DNA from: Eledone cirrhosa
Lineage: Eukaryota
Direction: 5' to 3'
DNA length: 64,000 bases
Assembly (NCBI GenBank): GCA_964016885.1
Contig: OZ024756.1
Location: forward strand, 19,468,001 to 19,532,000
Both the position numbers and the translations under genes were made by a program. The first letter of the stretch is position 1. The number at the start of each line of letters is the position of its first letter. The notes beneath the pieces are model-generated. The model did not search any database. It was not told the origin of the DNA and worked only from the letters and a program-made list of their open reading frames with translations. Positions 1 through 13,637 of the stretch are shown here, piece after piece.

Positions 1-1048
1 AGTATACTTCGTCTTGCTTTTAGGTCATGCTGTACTGGAAAAAGACCTGCCCCACCCATGCAATCATGGAAAAGCAGATGTAAAACAGTTATGATGAGGT
101 TAGGAAGGGCATCCAGCAGTAGAAACCAAGCCAGAATCAATTCTATATATGTCTAAAGTCTGTCTTAAGCCAGAAGGCTCATTTGGCTGGTGCTTATCCC
201 AGTTTAATGGTGTGAAGCCACTGAGAATACAAGACTCCCCCCCCCCCCCCGCCTGTACAGGACGCCCTTCCATCGCAGGGTTAAATCCCCAGCTATTGCT
301 GGTAGCCATTTTCATCTGAGTACACTGGAACATGTGAAATAAAGTGTTTTGCTCAAGAACACAACATGCAACCCAGGAATCGAACCCACAACATTATGAT
401 CGTAAGTCCAACACCCTTACCACTAGGCCACATGCTCCCCCCCCCCCCCCACACACACATCTTGGAGTTAATGAAGGAGATGGAATCTAGCAGGCAAGTA
501 TGAAGGAAAAGATATGGAAGAAATCAGTTTTGTATGAGCAAGTGATGGTCACCTGACCTAGCATTGCTCACATCAGGACAACTCGTCTAACCCATGCTAG
601 TGTGGAAAAAATGGACGTTAAACAGTGATGATGATGATATAAATATATATGTTCCTTCATATGTTTAGAAGATTCATTATGGTTTACTCGGGGTTAAACA
701 ACAACATAAAATTTTAATTTTTCTCTCTCTATCTGGATTTCGTTCTTTTACATTCTTTCTCCCTCTCTTTCTCTCACGTTTGCCCCATCTCTCTCAGTCT
801 CCCTGACACTCTCTCACTTTCCCTACACTCTTTCACCCCCCCCCCCCACTCTCCCTCCCCCACACTCTTTCTCCTCGACACTCTCTTACTCTCCCCGACA
901 CTCACTCTTCCCCACACTCTCTCTCCATCTCCCCCTCCCACACACTCTCTCATTCTCCCCAACACTCTCTCTCCCCCTCCCACATTCTCTCTCTTACACT
1001 CTCAAATATCTATATACCACCAAAGCCCCAAGTCCCCAAATCACTTAC

Positions 1049-1243
1049 ATGTAAGGCCTCCAATTGTGTGTTAGCAGCTAAACCCTTAGCAAAATGTTTG
1101 ATACCATCAACAGTAATGTTATTAGAACTGGCATCAAGAGTCTTTAAGGCCAGGTTGGCGGCTATAGCTGGTTTCAGGTGGACACAGCCTTCGTTTCCAA
1201 TGTTGTTGTAGGAAATATTGAAGTATTCCAGTGTTGAGTTTTT
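1049..1243 (-). CDS. LRRC74A: LRRC74-like LRR exon (gene continues beyond window start)
   Basis: tttcag|AAA...CAT|gtaagt; 195 nt, phase 0 to 0; KNSTLEYFNISYNNIGNEGCVHLKPAIAANLALKTLDASSNNITVDGIKHFAKGLAANTQLEALH. Confidence 0.9.
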
Positions 1244-1660
1244 CTGAAATATAGGTTAGAGTGGAGTGAAACTTAGAGTCAAGTGCAAACTATGATTGGT
1301 TGGTTCGGTTTGAATGTATGTGTGTATGTTATGTCTTGAGTGATACTGGTAACATGTAACCCAGTACAACTTGTCGCATGGTCGGGTCGAGGCGACTAAA
1401 CCGGCAACCCCACCAAGTTTACTTGGTGAGGAGGCTGATTTTGGACATCCTGCAGGACAAAAAACAAAATCTGACAAAGGGCCGAAGAACTCATAAGAGT
1501 CAACGGTCATCCAAATATGTGTATATTGGCTCAGTGCACAGTCTTTCCTCATTTAAAAAAAATCTTCATGCACAGGCATTGCACGATAGCATTATTTGAT
1601 AATTATTAATAATGTTATATCGTACAATGGCCATACTCGATAACGAGGAGCCAGCCATCA

Positions 1661-1691
<31 letters not shown>

Positions 1692-1729
1692 CTATATGTA
1701 TATATGTGTCTATGTATTGATGTGTACCA

Positions 1730-2490
1730 ATGTGCATCTATATGTACCAATATAGATAAATATGTATTGATATATACCAATATATATATCAATGTGGGTC
1801 AATATGTATCGATATGTGTCAATATATGTATTGCTATGTATCAATATGTATCAGTGTATATTGTTATCGATATGTATCAATGTATATTGTTATCAATAAT
1901 TATCGATATGTATCAATGTATATTGTTATCAATTATCAATATGTATCAATGTATATTGTTATCAATTATCGATATGTATCAATGTATATTGTTATCAATA
2001 ATTATCGATATGTATCAATGTATATTGTTATCAATTATCAATATGTATCAATGTATATTGTTATCAATTATCGATATGTATCAATGTATATTGTTATCAA
2101 TAATTATCGATATGTATCAATGTATATTGTTATCAATAATTATCGATATGTATCAATGTATATTGTTATCAATAATTATCGATATGTATCAATGTATATT
2201 GTTATCAATAATTATCGATATGTATCAATGTATATTATTATCAATATGTATCGATGTATCAATGTATATTGTTATCAATAATTATCGATATGTATCAATG
2301 TATATTGTTATCAATATGTATCGATATGTGTCAATGTATATTGTTATCAATATGTATCGATATGTGTCAATGTATATATTGTTATCAATATGTATCGATA
2401 TGTATCAATGTATATATTGTTATCAATATGTATCGATATGTATCAGTGTATATTGTTATCAATATGTATCAATATATATATCAATATGTA
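1730..2490. repeat. 33/36-bp AT-rich minisatellite
   Basis: tatcgatatgtatcaatgtatattgttatcaat(aat) units. Confidence 0.9.
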
Positions 2491-2507
2491 TTGCTATGTC
2501 CACTTAC

Positions 2508-2593
2508 TGTCAATCCCTTAGCTATAGACCTTGCTCCCTTCTTACCCATCGAGTTCCAGCTGATGTCCAGATGTGTTATATAGGAGTTCTTCT
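2508..2593 (-). CDS. LRRC74A: LRRC74-like LRR exon
   Basis: ttccag|AG AAG...ACA|gtaagt; 86 nt, phase 1 to 0; EKNSYITHLDISWNSMGKKGARSIAKGLT. Confidence 0.9.
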
Positions 2594-2639
2594 CTGGAAT
2601 ATTAGACAAGAAAATGACACCAGACAATGGTTATCTGGA

Positions 2640-3400
2640 GGTGGTGGATAAAGTGTAGGGTTTTAGGGGCTACGGTGGTAGGTAATGTGTGTGTTTTTAG
2701 GGTTATACTGGTGGATAAAGTGTAGGGTTTTAGGGGCTACGATGGTAGGTAATGTATGTGTTTTTAGGGGTTACACTGGTGGATAATGTGTAGGGTTTTA
2801 GAGGCTACGATGGTAGGTAATGTATGTGTTTTTAGGGGTTATACTGGTGGATAATGTGTAGGGTTTTAGAGGCTACGATGGTAGGTAATGTATGTGTTTT
2901 TAGGGTTATACTGGTGGATAAAGTGTAGGGTTTTAGGGGCTACGATGGTAGGTAATGTATGTGTTTTTAGGGGTTACACTGGTGGATAATGTGTAGGGTT
3001 TTAGAGGCTATGATGGTTATCTGAAGGTGGTGGATAATGTGCTTTTAGGGGCTACAATCCTAGGTAATGTATGTGTTTTTAGGGGTTACAGTGGTGGATA
3101 ATGTTTGGGTTTTTAGGGGTTACAATGACTATGTGAAGGTAGTGGATAATGTATGTTTTTAGGGGTTACCGTGGTGGATACTGTGTGTGTTTTTAAGAGT
3201 TACAGCGGAGAATAATGTGTGTTTTTAGGGGTTATGGTGATTGATAATGTGCATATTTTAAGGGGTTATAGTGGTTATCTGTGTTGTTTTTAGGGGTTAC
3301 GATGGTTATCTGAAGGTGGTGGATAATGTGGCTTTAGGGGTTATGGTAGTGGATAATATGTGTTTTTAGGGATTACAATGGTTATCTGAAGGTGATAGAC
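2640..3400. repeat. ~67-bp G/T-rich minisatellite (two ~34-bp subunits)
   Basis: ggtggataaagtgtagggttttaggggctacgatggtaggtaatgtatgtgtttttaggggttatact, degenerating 3'. Confidence 0.88.
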
Positions 3401-4044
3401 TCTGGTGTCAAAGACTTGACGCAATCTCCCTTGTGCTGGTACCATGATCAAATGCATCCAGTGCTTCCTGTTGTATGTTTGGACATATATGTAAGTGGGA
3501 TGTGGCCCCAATTACAGACATAGTCTATGGTGACCTGTCCAACCCTTGTTAGCAGGGAAAACAGATGTTAAATGATGATATTTATATATATATATATATA
3601 CAAAGTGTTAAAATGATCAAATTTTAGTTTAGAACATTTATTTGCTGACAATTGTTTCTTCCAGAGGGAAGTCTGGAATCATCGGAGCATAGGGAATGTC
3701 GAAACATGTGACTAAAATCCTAGTCATTTAGAACATTTAGGGTACATAATTGTTGTTAGTGTCAAAGGCATCATGTGGAGAGTCAGGAGTTAAAAAGATG
3801 TTATACTTGAGAGAACACAATTACAGGCAGCGCTGGTTGAAAGTGTAAGAGGTATAAGCAAACTACCCTCCATATTTATAGTTGTATTAAACATATATAA
3901 ATATAAATATCCTTATTACTATATATATATCTATATATATATATATATCTATATGCAAAAGGCAAACAGAAATAACAAAGCAAACAACACAGTACAATGA
4001 AGAAATATATTATTAGTTTTATGCTTGGTATAGTGGGAAAAGAG

Positions 4045-4080
4045 TCTTAACGTTTCGGACGCTAGTCTTTCATCAGAAGA
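4045..4080 (-). ncRNA. Minimal hammerhead ribozyme motif
   Basis: Reverse complement tctt-CTGATGA-a-agac(tagc)gtcc-GAAA-cg-TT-aaga; palindromic AACGTT stem III; A.C mismatch closing stem II. Confidence 0.6.
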
Positions 4081-4183
4081 AAGAATGAGAAGTTAAAGAA
4101 GAAATAGAAAGTTTGAGGAGGCGGGCAGGGTGGAAACAGAAAATAATTTTTTTAGAGAAAAATAACAGGTCCTTTCATGTTGA

Positions 4184-4238
<55 letters not shown>

Positions 4239-4559
4239 GGAGGCGCATGGCTTAGTGGTTAGAGCATTGGCCTTGCAATCGAAAGGTTGTGAGTTCAATT
4301 CTCAGACCGGGTGATGTGTTGTTTCCTTGAGCAAGATACTTTATTTCACATTGCTCCAGTTTACTCAGCTGTAGAAATGAGATTTTCCACTGCAAAGTGG
4401 TCGTGGAGGTGCCACGGCAAAAAAGCACCCAGCATTTGCTGTAAATGAGGTTGGTGTTAGGAAGAGCATCCAGCTGTAGAAATCAAGCCAGAATCAGTTC
4501 CCGTCCCACCCTTGCAAGCAGGGGAAAAGCGGACGTAAAATGATGATGATGATGATGAT
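4239..4559 (+). mobile_element. tRNA-derived SINE with (GAT)n tail (copies 9528-9873 -, 51646-51970 +, partial 10260-10540, 13255-13497, 39752-39990)
   Basis: Head ggaggcgcatggcttagtggttaga (A box) ... gagttcaattctc (B box); conserved body ggtgttaggaagggcatccagctgtagaa; microsatellite tail. Confidence 0.85.
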
Positions 4560-4611
4560 ATATAGATAGGTGAATATATCCTCACTATATGCATAAAATC
4601 TTCTGTACTAT

Positions 4612-4935
4612 CACACTCAAGCACAGTTACACACAAGCAGTTACATTCAAGCACATTTACATTCAAGCAGAGCTACACTCAAGCACAGCCACACTCAAAC
4701 AAAGCTACACTCAAGCACAGTTTCACTCAAGCAGTTACACTCAAGCACAGTTAGATTCAAGCACATTTTCACTCAAGCAGTTACACACAAGCACTGCTAC
4801 ACTCAAGCAAAGCTACAATCAAGCACAGTTACACTCAAGCGTAGCTACATTCAAGCACAGTTACACTCAAGCACAGTTACACACAAGCACAGCTACACCC
4901 AAGCACAGCTACACTCAAACATGACCACTCAAACA
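4612..4935. repeat. 16-bp minisatellite
   Basis: acactcaagcacagtt units. Confidence 0.88.
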
Positions 4936-4977
4936 TACACTCACCTCCCAACAAACATCAAACTCACACCACTTTAC

Positions 4978-5059
4978 CTATCAAGTTTCCTATAAAGTCT
5001 CTGCTATTTTCTGTGAAATTATTGTGACTGATGTCAACTGTGATTAAATAACAACTTTC
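4978..5059 (-). CDS. LRRC74A: LRRC74-like LRR exon
   Basis: ttacag|GAA...ATA G|gtaaag; 82 nt, phase 0 to 1; ESCYLITVDISHNNFTENSRDFIGNLI. Confidence 0.87.
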
Positions 5060-5140
5060 CTGTAAAACAAATGGAAATATTCTCACTTTAACTTGGTTTT
5101 ATTGCTTAGTCAGGTGTAAGGGTAGCACTCATGATCTTCC

Positions 5141-8100
5141 ACACTGTCTTTCATTAGAAATATGGTAATGAAAGGGTTAAAGACATAGACAGTGTCTTTC
5201 ATTAGAAATACGGTAATGAAAGGGTTAAAGACATAGACAGTGTCTTTCATTAGAAATACGGTAATGAAAGGGTTAAAGACATAGGTAGTGTCTTTCATTA
5301 GAAATATGGTAATGAAAGGGTTAAAGACATAGGTAGTGTCTTTCATTAGAAATATGGTAATGAAAGGGTTAATGACATAGACAGTGTCTTTCATTAGAAA
5401 TACGGTAATGAAAGGGTTAAAGACATAGACAGTGTCTTTCATTAGAAATACGGTAATGAAAGGGTTAAAGACATAGGTAGTGTCTTTCATTAGAAATACG
5501 GTAATGAAAGGGTTAAAGACATAGGTAGTGTCTTTCATTAGAAATATGGTAATGAAAGGGTGAATGACATAGGTAGTGTCTTTCATTAGAAATACGGTAA
5601 TGAAAGGGTTAAAGACATAGACAGTGTCTTTCATTAGAAATATGGTAATGAAAGGGTGAATGACATAGGTAGTGTCTTTCATTAGAAATACGGTAATGAA
5701 AGGGTTAAAGACATAGGTAGTGTCTTTCATTAGAAATATGGTAATGAAAGGGTTAATGACATAGGTAGTGTCTTTCATTAGAAATACGGTAATGAAAGGG
5801 TTAAAGACATAGACAGTGTCTTTCATTAGAAATATGGTAATGAAAGGGTTAAAGACATAGGTAGTGTCTTTCATTAGAAATACGGTAATGAAAGGGTTAA
5901 AGACATAGGTAGTGTCTTTCATTAGAAATACGGTAATGAAAGGGTTAAAGACATAGACAGTGTCTTTCATTAGAAATATGGTAATGAAAGGGTTAATGAC
6001 AGGCAGTGTCTTTCATTAGAAATATGGTAATGAAAGGGTTAATGACATAGGTAGTGTCTTTCATTAGAAATATGGTAATGAAAGGGTTAATGATATAGAC
6101 AGTGTCTTTCATTAGAAATATGGTAATGAAAGGGTGAATGACATAGGTAGTGTCTTTCATTAGAAATATGGTAATGAAAGGGTTAAAGACATAGGTAGTG
6201 TCTTTCATTAGAAATACGGTAATGAAAGGGTTAAAGACATAGGTAGTGTCTTTCATTAGAAATACGGTAATGAAAGGGTTAATGACATAGGCAGTGTCTT
6301 TCATTAGAAATACGGTAATGAAAGGGTTAATGACATAGGCAGTGTCTTTCATTAGAAATATGGTAATGAAAGGGTTAATGACATAGACAGTGTCTTTCAT
6401 TAGAAATACGGTAATGAAAGGGTTAATGACATAGACAGTGTCTTTCATTAGAAATACGGTAATGAAAGGGTTAATGACATAGACAGTGTCTTTCATTAGA
6501 AATACGGTAATGAAAGGGTTAATGACATAGACAGTGTCTTTCATTAGAAATACGGTAATGAAAGGGTTAAAGACATAGGTAGTGTCTTTCATTAGAAATA
6601 TGGTAATGAAAGGGTTAATGACATAGGTAGTGTCTTTCATTAGAAATACGGTAATGAAAGGGTTAAAGACATAGGTAGTGTCTTTTATTAGAAATGTGGT
6701 AATGAAAGGGTTAATGACATAGGCAGTGTCTTTCATTAGAAATACGGTAATGAAAGGGTTAATGACATAGGCAGTGTCTTTCATTAGAAATATGGTAATG
6801 AAAGGGTTAAAGACATAGGTAGTGTCTTTCATTAGAAATACGGTAATGAAAGGGTTAAAGACATAGGCAGTGTCTTTCATTAGAAATACGGTAATGAAAG
6901 GGTTAAAGACATAGACAGTGTCTTTCATTAGAAATATGGTAATGAAAGGGTTAATGACATAGACAGTGTCTTTCATTAGAAATACGGTAATGAAAGGGTT
7001 AAAGACATAGACAGTGTCTTTCATTAGAAATACGGTAATGAAAGGGTTAATGACATAGGCAGTGTCTTTCATTAGAAATATGGTAATGAAAGGGTTAATG
7101 ACATAGGCAGTGTCTTTCATTAGAAATATGGTAATGAAAGGGTTAATGACATAGACAGTGTCTTTCATTAGAAATATGGTAATGAAAGGGTTAAAGACAT
7201 AGACAGTGTCTTTCATTAGAAATATGGTAATGAAAGGGTTAATGACATAGGCAGTGTCTTTCATTAGAAATACGGTAATGAAAGGGTTAAAGACATAGGT
7301 AGTGTCTTTCATTAGAAATACGGTTATGAAAGGGTTAAAGACATAGACAGTGTCTTTCATTAGAAATACGGTAATGAAAGGGTTAATGACATAGGCAGTG
7401 TCTTTCATTAGAAATATGGTAATGAAAGGGTTAATGACATAGGTAGTGTCTTTCATTAGAAATACGGTAATGAAAGGGTTAAATGACATAGACAGTGTCT
7501 TTCATTAGAAATATGGTAATGAAAGGGTTAATGACATAGACAGTGTCTTTCATTAGAAATATGGTAATGAAAGGGTTAATGACATAGACAGTGTCTTTCA
7601 TTAGAAATATGGTAATGAAAGGGTTAAAGACATAGGTAGTGTCTTTCATTAGAAATATGGTAATGAAAGGGTTAAAGACATAGGTAGTGTCTTTCATTAG
7701 ACATATGGTAATGAAAGGGTGAATGACATAGGTAGTGTCTTTCATTAGAAATATGGTAATGAAAGGGTTAAAGACATAGGTAGTGTCTTTCATTAGAAAT
7801 ACGGTAATGAAAGGGTTAATGACATAGGTAGTGTCTTTCATTAGAAATATGGTAATGAAAGGGTTAAAGACATAGGTAGTGTCTTTCATTAGAAATACGG
7901 TAATGAAAGGGTGAATGACATAGGTAGTGTCTTTCATTAGAAATATGGTAATGAAAGGGTTAAAGACATAGGTAGTGTCTTTCATTAGAAATATGGTAAT
8001 GAAAGGGTTAAAGACATAGGTAGTGTCTTTCATTAGAAATACGGTAATGAAAGGGTTAATGACAGATAGACTTTCATTAGAAATATAATTGTTTCTACTT

Positions 8101-9330
8101 TTGGCACAAGGCCAGCAATTATCCCAGTACATTACTGGTACTTTATTTTATCGACCCCCGTAAGGATGAAAGGCAAAGTTAACCTCGGCGGGATTAGAAA
8201 TATGATAATGAAAGTGTTAAATGACAGGTAGTGACTTTCATTAGAAATACGGTAATGAAAGGGTTAAAGACATAGACAGTGTCTTTCATTAGAAATACGG
8301 TAATGAAAGGGTTAAAGACATAGGTAGTGTCTTTCATTAGAAATACGGTAATGAAAGGGTTAAAGACATAGGTAGTGTCTTTCATTAGAAATACGGTAAT
8401 GAAAGGGTTAAAGACATAGGTAGTGTCTTTCATTAGAAATATGGTAATGAAAGGGTTAAAGACATAGGTAGTGTCTTTCATTAGAAATACGGTAATGAAA
8501 GGGTTAATGACATAGACAGTGTCTTTCATTAGAAATATGGTAATGAAAGGGTTAAAGACATAGGTAGTGTCTTTCATTAGAAATATGGTAATGAAAGGGT
8601 TAAAGACATAGGTAGTGTCTTTCATTAGAAATATGGTAATGAAAGGGTTAATGACATAGACAGTGTCTTTCATTAGAAATACGGTAATGAAAGGGTTAAA
8701 GACATAGGTAGTGTCTTTCATTAGAAATACGGTAATGAAAGGGTTAAAGACATAGGTAGTGTCTTTCATTAGAAATACGGTAATGAAAGGGTTAATGACA
8801 TAGACAGTGTCTTTCATTAGAAATATGGTAATGAAAGGGTTAATGACATAGACAGTGTCTTTCATTAGAAATATGGTAATGAAAGGGTTAATGACAGACA
8901 GTGTCTTTCATTAGAAATATGGTAATGAAAGGGTTAATGACATAGACAGTGTCTTTCATTAGAAATATGGTAATGAAAGGGTTAAAGACATAGACAGTGT
9001 CTTTCATTAGAAATATGGTAATGAAAGGGTTAATGACATAGACAGTGTCTTTCATTAGAAATATGGTAATGAAAGGGTTAAAGACATAGACAGTGTCTTT
9101 CATTAGAAATATGGTAATGAAAGGGTTAATGACATAGACAGTGTCTTTCATTAGATATATGGTAATGAAAGGGTTAAATGACATAGACAGTGTCTTTCAT
9201 TAGAAATATGGTAATGAAAGGGTTAATGACATACACAGTGTCTTTCATTAGAAATATGGTAATGAAAGGGTTAAATAACAAAGACAGTGTCTTTCATTAG
9301 AAATATGGTAATGAAAGGGTTAAATGACAG
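5141..9330. repeat. 48-bp minisatellite, ~85 copies, filling one intron
   Basis: Unit GTGTCTTTCATTAGAAATAYGGTAATGAAAGGGTTAAWGACATAGRYA; interrupted by a SINE fragment at 8087-8192. Confidence 0.97.
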
Positions 9331-9424
9331 TCCCCCACCTCCTGTGTCTTTCATTAGAAATATGGTGAGAAAAAGGTTTAATCAGGCCAAAAGATCATTC
9401 TAGAAGATTTCAGTCAGTACTCAC

Positions 9425-9474
9425 CAGTAAAGCTCCAGCTAAAGGTTTCAGACATCTATCATCAAGTTGATTAT
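9425..9474 (-). CDS. LRRC74A: LRRC74-like LRR exon
   Basis: cttcag|AT AAT...CTG|gtgagt; 50 nt, phase 1 to 0; NNQLDDRCLKPLAGALL. Confidence 0.85.
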
Positions 9475-9881
9475 CTGAAGGAGGGAAACAGGACACACAT
9501 TGTTTACTGTGGATAACTATAGGTGTATCATCATTTCATCATCATTTCATTTTACGTCCGCTTTTTCCCTGCTTGCAAGGGTGGGACGGGAACTGATTCT
9601 GGCTTGATTTCTACAGCTGGATGCCCTTCCTAACACCAACCTCATTTACAGTGAGTGCTGGGTGCTTTTTTGATGTGGCACCTCCACGACCACTTTGCAG
9701 TGGAATGATAGGGACTCCAGTCCCTATCATCTCATTTCTACAGCTGAGTAAACTGGAGAAATGTGAAATAAAGTGTCTTGCTCAAGGAAACAACACATCA
9801 CCCGGTCTGAGAATTGAACTCACAACCTTTCGATTGCAAGGCCAATGCTCTAACCACTAAGCCATGTGCCTCCACTTTTGG

Positions 9882-9919
<38 letters not shown>

Positions 9920-10757
9920 TCCCAAAAGTCAGCTCAAAAGTGACACAGAGGAGACTGAGGTCAGCTGGACATGCTCACCGACATCCAGAGTTGACATAGC
10001 ACTCAGTGCTCCTTTGGGAGCCCCTACATGGACACACTAGAAGAGGAAGACCAATGTTAACGTATGTTGATGCCCTAAGGACAGACACTGGTCTATTGGA
10101 GACGCAGGACATGGCAGCGATAATGAGGGACAGAGACCGCTGGAGAGAACTCGTCCATGGATCTCGGGAATTTTACCCGCCTTAGAATAGAATAGAATAT
10201 ATAGAGTACCCGACCTCCCATGGGTACAAGCTGAAGCATATAGACAATATGCCCCACACCCCCCACCGCAAGGTGGTCGTGGAGGTGCCACGGCAAAAAA
10301 AGCACCCAGCCCACACTGTAAAGTGGACGTGTAGGCGCCTACGAAAAAGCACCCAGCACTCACTGTAAATGAGGTTGGTGTTAGGAAGGGCATCCAGCTG
10401 TAGAAATCAAGCCAGAGTCAGTTCCTGTATGAGCAAGGCATGGTCAGCCGACCAGACACTGCCCACAACAGGACAACCTGTCTAACCCATGCTAGCGTGG
10501 AAGAACGGACGTAAAACGGTGATGATGATGATGATGATGATATATATATATATATACACACACAGGCGTGCGTGTGTGTGTGTATGTATGTGTGTATATA
10601 TATATATATGTGTGTGCGTGTACATGTGTGTATATATATATATGTATGTGTGTGTGCATATATATATATATATAAATATATATATAGGTATTAGTATTGG
10701 TGCTCTGAAATAGCTATGTATACATGAATGTATGTATAGTATATTTGGCAATATACA

Positions 10758-11230
10758 TCTTCTTCTTCAGCCGAGTTTAACACTCGCAAAGATTCAGCAC
10801 GCTTTCTCCAATCGTCCCGGTTGCCCATGACATTTCTCAGTCGATGTTATCAATGTTGCTATCTCTTAGCAGGGTATCAATGAATGGGACGGCCTGTCTT
10901 CCCACGTTTCTTCGTCCGACCGCCGGTTTCCAGAGCACAAGTTGAGATGCCGTCTCTTCTGGATGACAGATGCAGTGCCCAGCCAGTTTCATTCGTCGAC
11001 AGGCAATTTTTTTTTTAGACTGGTAGCAGTGATCTGTATAGTTCTTTATGTGTCTGCTTCTTCTGTTTCCAAGAAATGTTGAGAGCCATTCTCAGCATCC
11101 TCGTGTAACATCCGTCAAGTCTCTTGCATAGCAATTTGTCAATAATCCTCGTTTCACTGCCGTAAAGCAGGACAGATTCAACAGTTGCTAGGAAGAGGCG
11201 CTCCTTGATTTTGCGGTTTAGGTCGGACTT
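10758..11230 (-). mobile_element. RTE-clade LINE 3' fragment
   Basis: Reverse strand reads KSDLNRKIKERLFLATVESVLLYGSET...LDGCYTRMLRMALNISW; (GAA)n tail. Confidence 0.8.
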
Positions 11231-11329
11231 GATTAATGAAATATACTGGATGTTAAATTTAAAACATTTTGAAGACTATTCGCTATGAGTTTTAAAGTAG
11301 TGACTTACTTATTCTCGGCAAAAAACCTA

Positions 11330-11382
<53 letters not shown>

Positions 11383-13252
11383 CTTTGTCTCTTTTCCTTA
11401 TGCATTCTCAAATGGCCCAGCCAAATCAAATCAAATTTTACAAGGTGATAGAATTAGACCCCCCGCCCCCCTGGGATTAACAACATCTAATTTTTATTTT
11501 TATTTGGATTAAAACAATATAACATTTTATCTAAAATAATCTTTCTATAGTCAACTATAATAAACGTGTGAGTGTATGTGTGTGTGAGTGTATGTGTGTG
11601 TGAGTGTATGTGTGTGTGAGTATTCGTACATTTCTGTGACAACTTACGTAACAAACACTGGAGGTGTAACTGTCTGTGTTTGTATGAATGTATGCCTGTG
11701 TGTATGTTTTTATAAGTTTGTGTGAGTGTATGTATATCTGTTCATGGGTGCAACTCTGTGTGTGTTTGTATGAATGTATGTCTGTGTGTGTGTTTTTATA
11801 AGTGTATGTTTGTGTGAGTGTATGTGTGTCTGTTCATGGGTGCAACTCTGTGTGTGTTTGTATGAATGTATGTCTGTGTGTGTGTTTTTATAAGTGTATG
11901 TTTGTGTGAGTGTATGTGTGTCTGTTTGTTAAATTAGCAGTTAATACATTGCTTATATTTGGTTAATTTACACTGCATACAAAAATAATAATTAAAATAT
12001 ATGAAGCGAAGCAAAGTTAGTGAAAGTTGTTAGGTAAAATAACACAAAATAGATGGTTTACTTTTGATAGAAAATTTACTTCACTTCAGTTAATAAAGAA
12101 ACAAAGAATAGGTTACTATGTTGAAGATGTTTTGGTTGTTATTTCGTTTTGCTGGTGCAGTCTGTGACCAAAGAGGAGAAGTCTGTAGACCAGGAGAGAG
12201 AGTAAAGGTCTGTAGACCCCTGTAGAGAGAGTAAGGGTCTGTAGCAGTCTGTAGACCCATGTAGACCAGGGCCGGATTTAGATTTGATGAGGCCCCAAGC
12301 TATTTGAGATAATGGGGCCCTTTATATGTTATAAAAACTGCAAAACGTTCAATATTAAACCAGAAAACTGTTTAAAACTATTGCATTATTTTAGTTCTTT
12401 TTTATCTTATATTTTGGAAATGTACACACTGTTTTTTTTCAATTTTTTCAGGGCCCCAAGAAAGTGGGGGCCCTAAGCTATAGCTTGTTTAGCTTATATG
12501 TAAATCCTACTCTGATGTAGACCCCAAGGGGCCTGTAGTTAGAGGTGAATGTTTTACATAGCTATTCTCTCATGTACTGCTCCGATCTGTCTGGTTTTGC
12601 TTGGTCTGATACAAGCTATTTATATGTGTCGCTTCCTGTCTCCTGCCCCGAGGGATCATCTCCCACGCATAGACTTGTTTACCCGAAAAGGAGGTGACTC
12701 AGAATTTGACCTTTCTGTATCACCCTGGGTTGAATGTGTGGACAGATTTCGCTACAAATATTTCTTTTTGATGTTGATACTTATTTGTTTACAATATTGA
12801 AAAAAAATGTCTTTATTCTAAAATTTCCTCTCATACCTACAGGTGTTCCATTTGATTTTAAGAAGCTTCAGTTTTCAGTCAAACTAAGTTTTGTTATTTC
12901 AATTAACAAATCTCAGGGTCAATCTCTCAAGGTAGTTGGACTTGATCTCTCTACTACATGTTTCTCCCATGGACAACTCTGTATTAGTTGCTCACGAGTT
13001 GGAAGTAGCAACAATTTATTCATTTGGCCACCAACAAAAAATTACAAAATGAATATTGTTTACCTCGAGGTGCTTCAAGATTGACAGATTTTTGTTTCTA
13101 AATTTTATTATCACTACAATTTTGATATTTAAAAAAATAAAATATAGATATTTTGACATAATTATAAGTAAAAAAATATATCTTCATATTTTTTGTTTAC
13201 TAATCTGAATGAGAATGGCAGTAACCCGAGCAACGCCGGGTCATTCAGCTAG
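11330..13252 (+). mobile_element. Non-autonomous Helitron with RepHel helicase C-terminal remnant
   Basis: 5' A|TC; 3' hairpin acccgagcaacgccgggt then CTAG|T. ORF 12734-13084 ...FKKLQFSVKLSFVISINKSQGQSLKVVGLDL...FSHGQLCISCSRV is a degenerate Pif1-like motif V/VI. Internal GT-rich tandem repeats at 11570-11930. Confidence 0.85.
12267..12514. mobile_element. hAT-type MITE nested in the Helitron
   Basis: TIR cagggccggattta / taaatcctactctg; perfect 8-bp TSD ATGTAGAC (12259-12266 and 12515-12522). Confidence 0.85.
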
Positions 13253-13453
13253 TATTCCACGCTGTAATGTGGACGTGTAGGCAACACGGTAAAAACCTCC
13301 CAGTCCCACACTGTAAATGTGGTTGGTGTTAGGAAGGGCATCCAGCTGTAGAAAACCCGCCAGACAGTCCTATGCGAGCAAGACAACCACTCTTGCCTCA
13401 AGTGGGAAAACTCTCATCCAAACCCATGCAAGCATTGAACATGGACGTTAAAC

Positions 13454-13498
<45 letters not shown>

Positions 13499-13637
13499 AT
13501 ATATATGTGTGTGTGTGTGTATATACCCCACCACTTATATTTTTCCCTACTTCAATCTACAGCCATTAAACCTTATTATCAAAACACTGTGTTTGCTACA
13601 ACAACAACAACAACAACAACAAAAAGGAGATACCTAC

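Noticed and set aside
2640-3400. Telomere-like TTAGGG motifs
   Set aside because: Isolated hexamers within a 34/67-bp unit, not tandem telomeric repeat.
4239-4310. tRNA gene
   Set aside because: The A/B boxes belong to a multi-copy SINE head continuing into body and tail; no complete cloverleaf or oligo-T terminator.
5110-9184. Long ORFs (up to 498 aa) of repeated MKDTxYVFNPFITxFL
   Set aside because: Stop-free frame of a 48-bp satellite inside a phase-consistent intron, broken by frameshifts.
12734-13084. Host PIF1 helicase gene
   Set aside because: Degenerate motifs, C-terminal fragment only, enclosed by Helitron termini.
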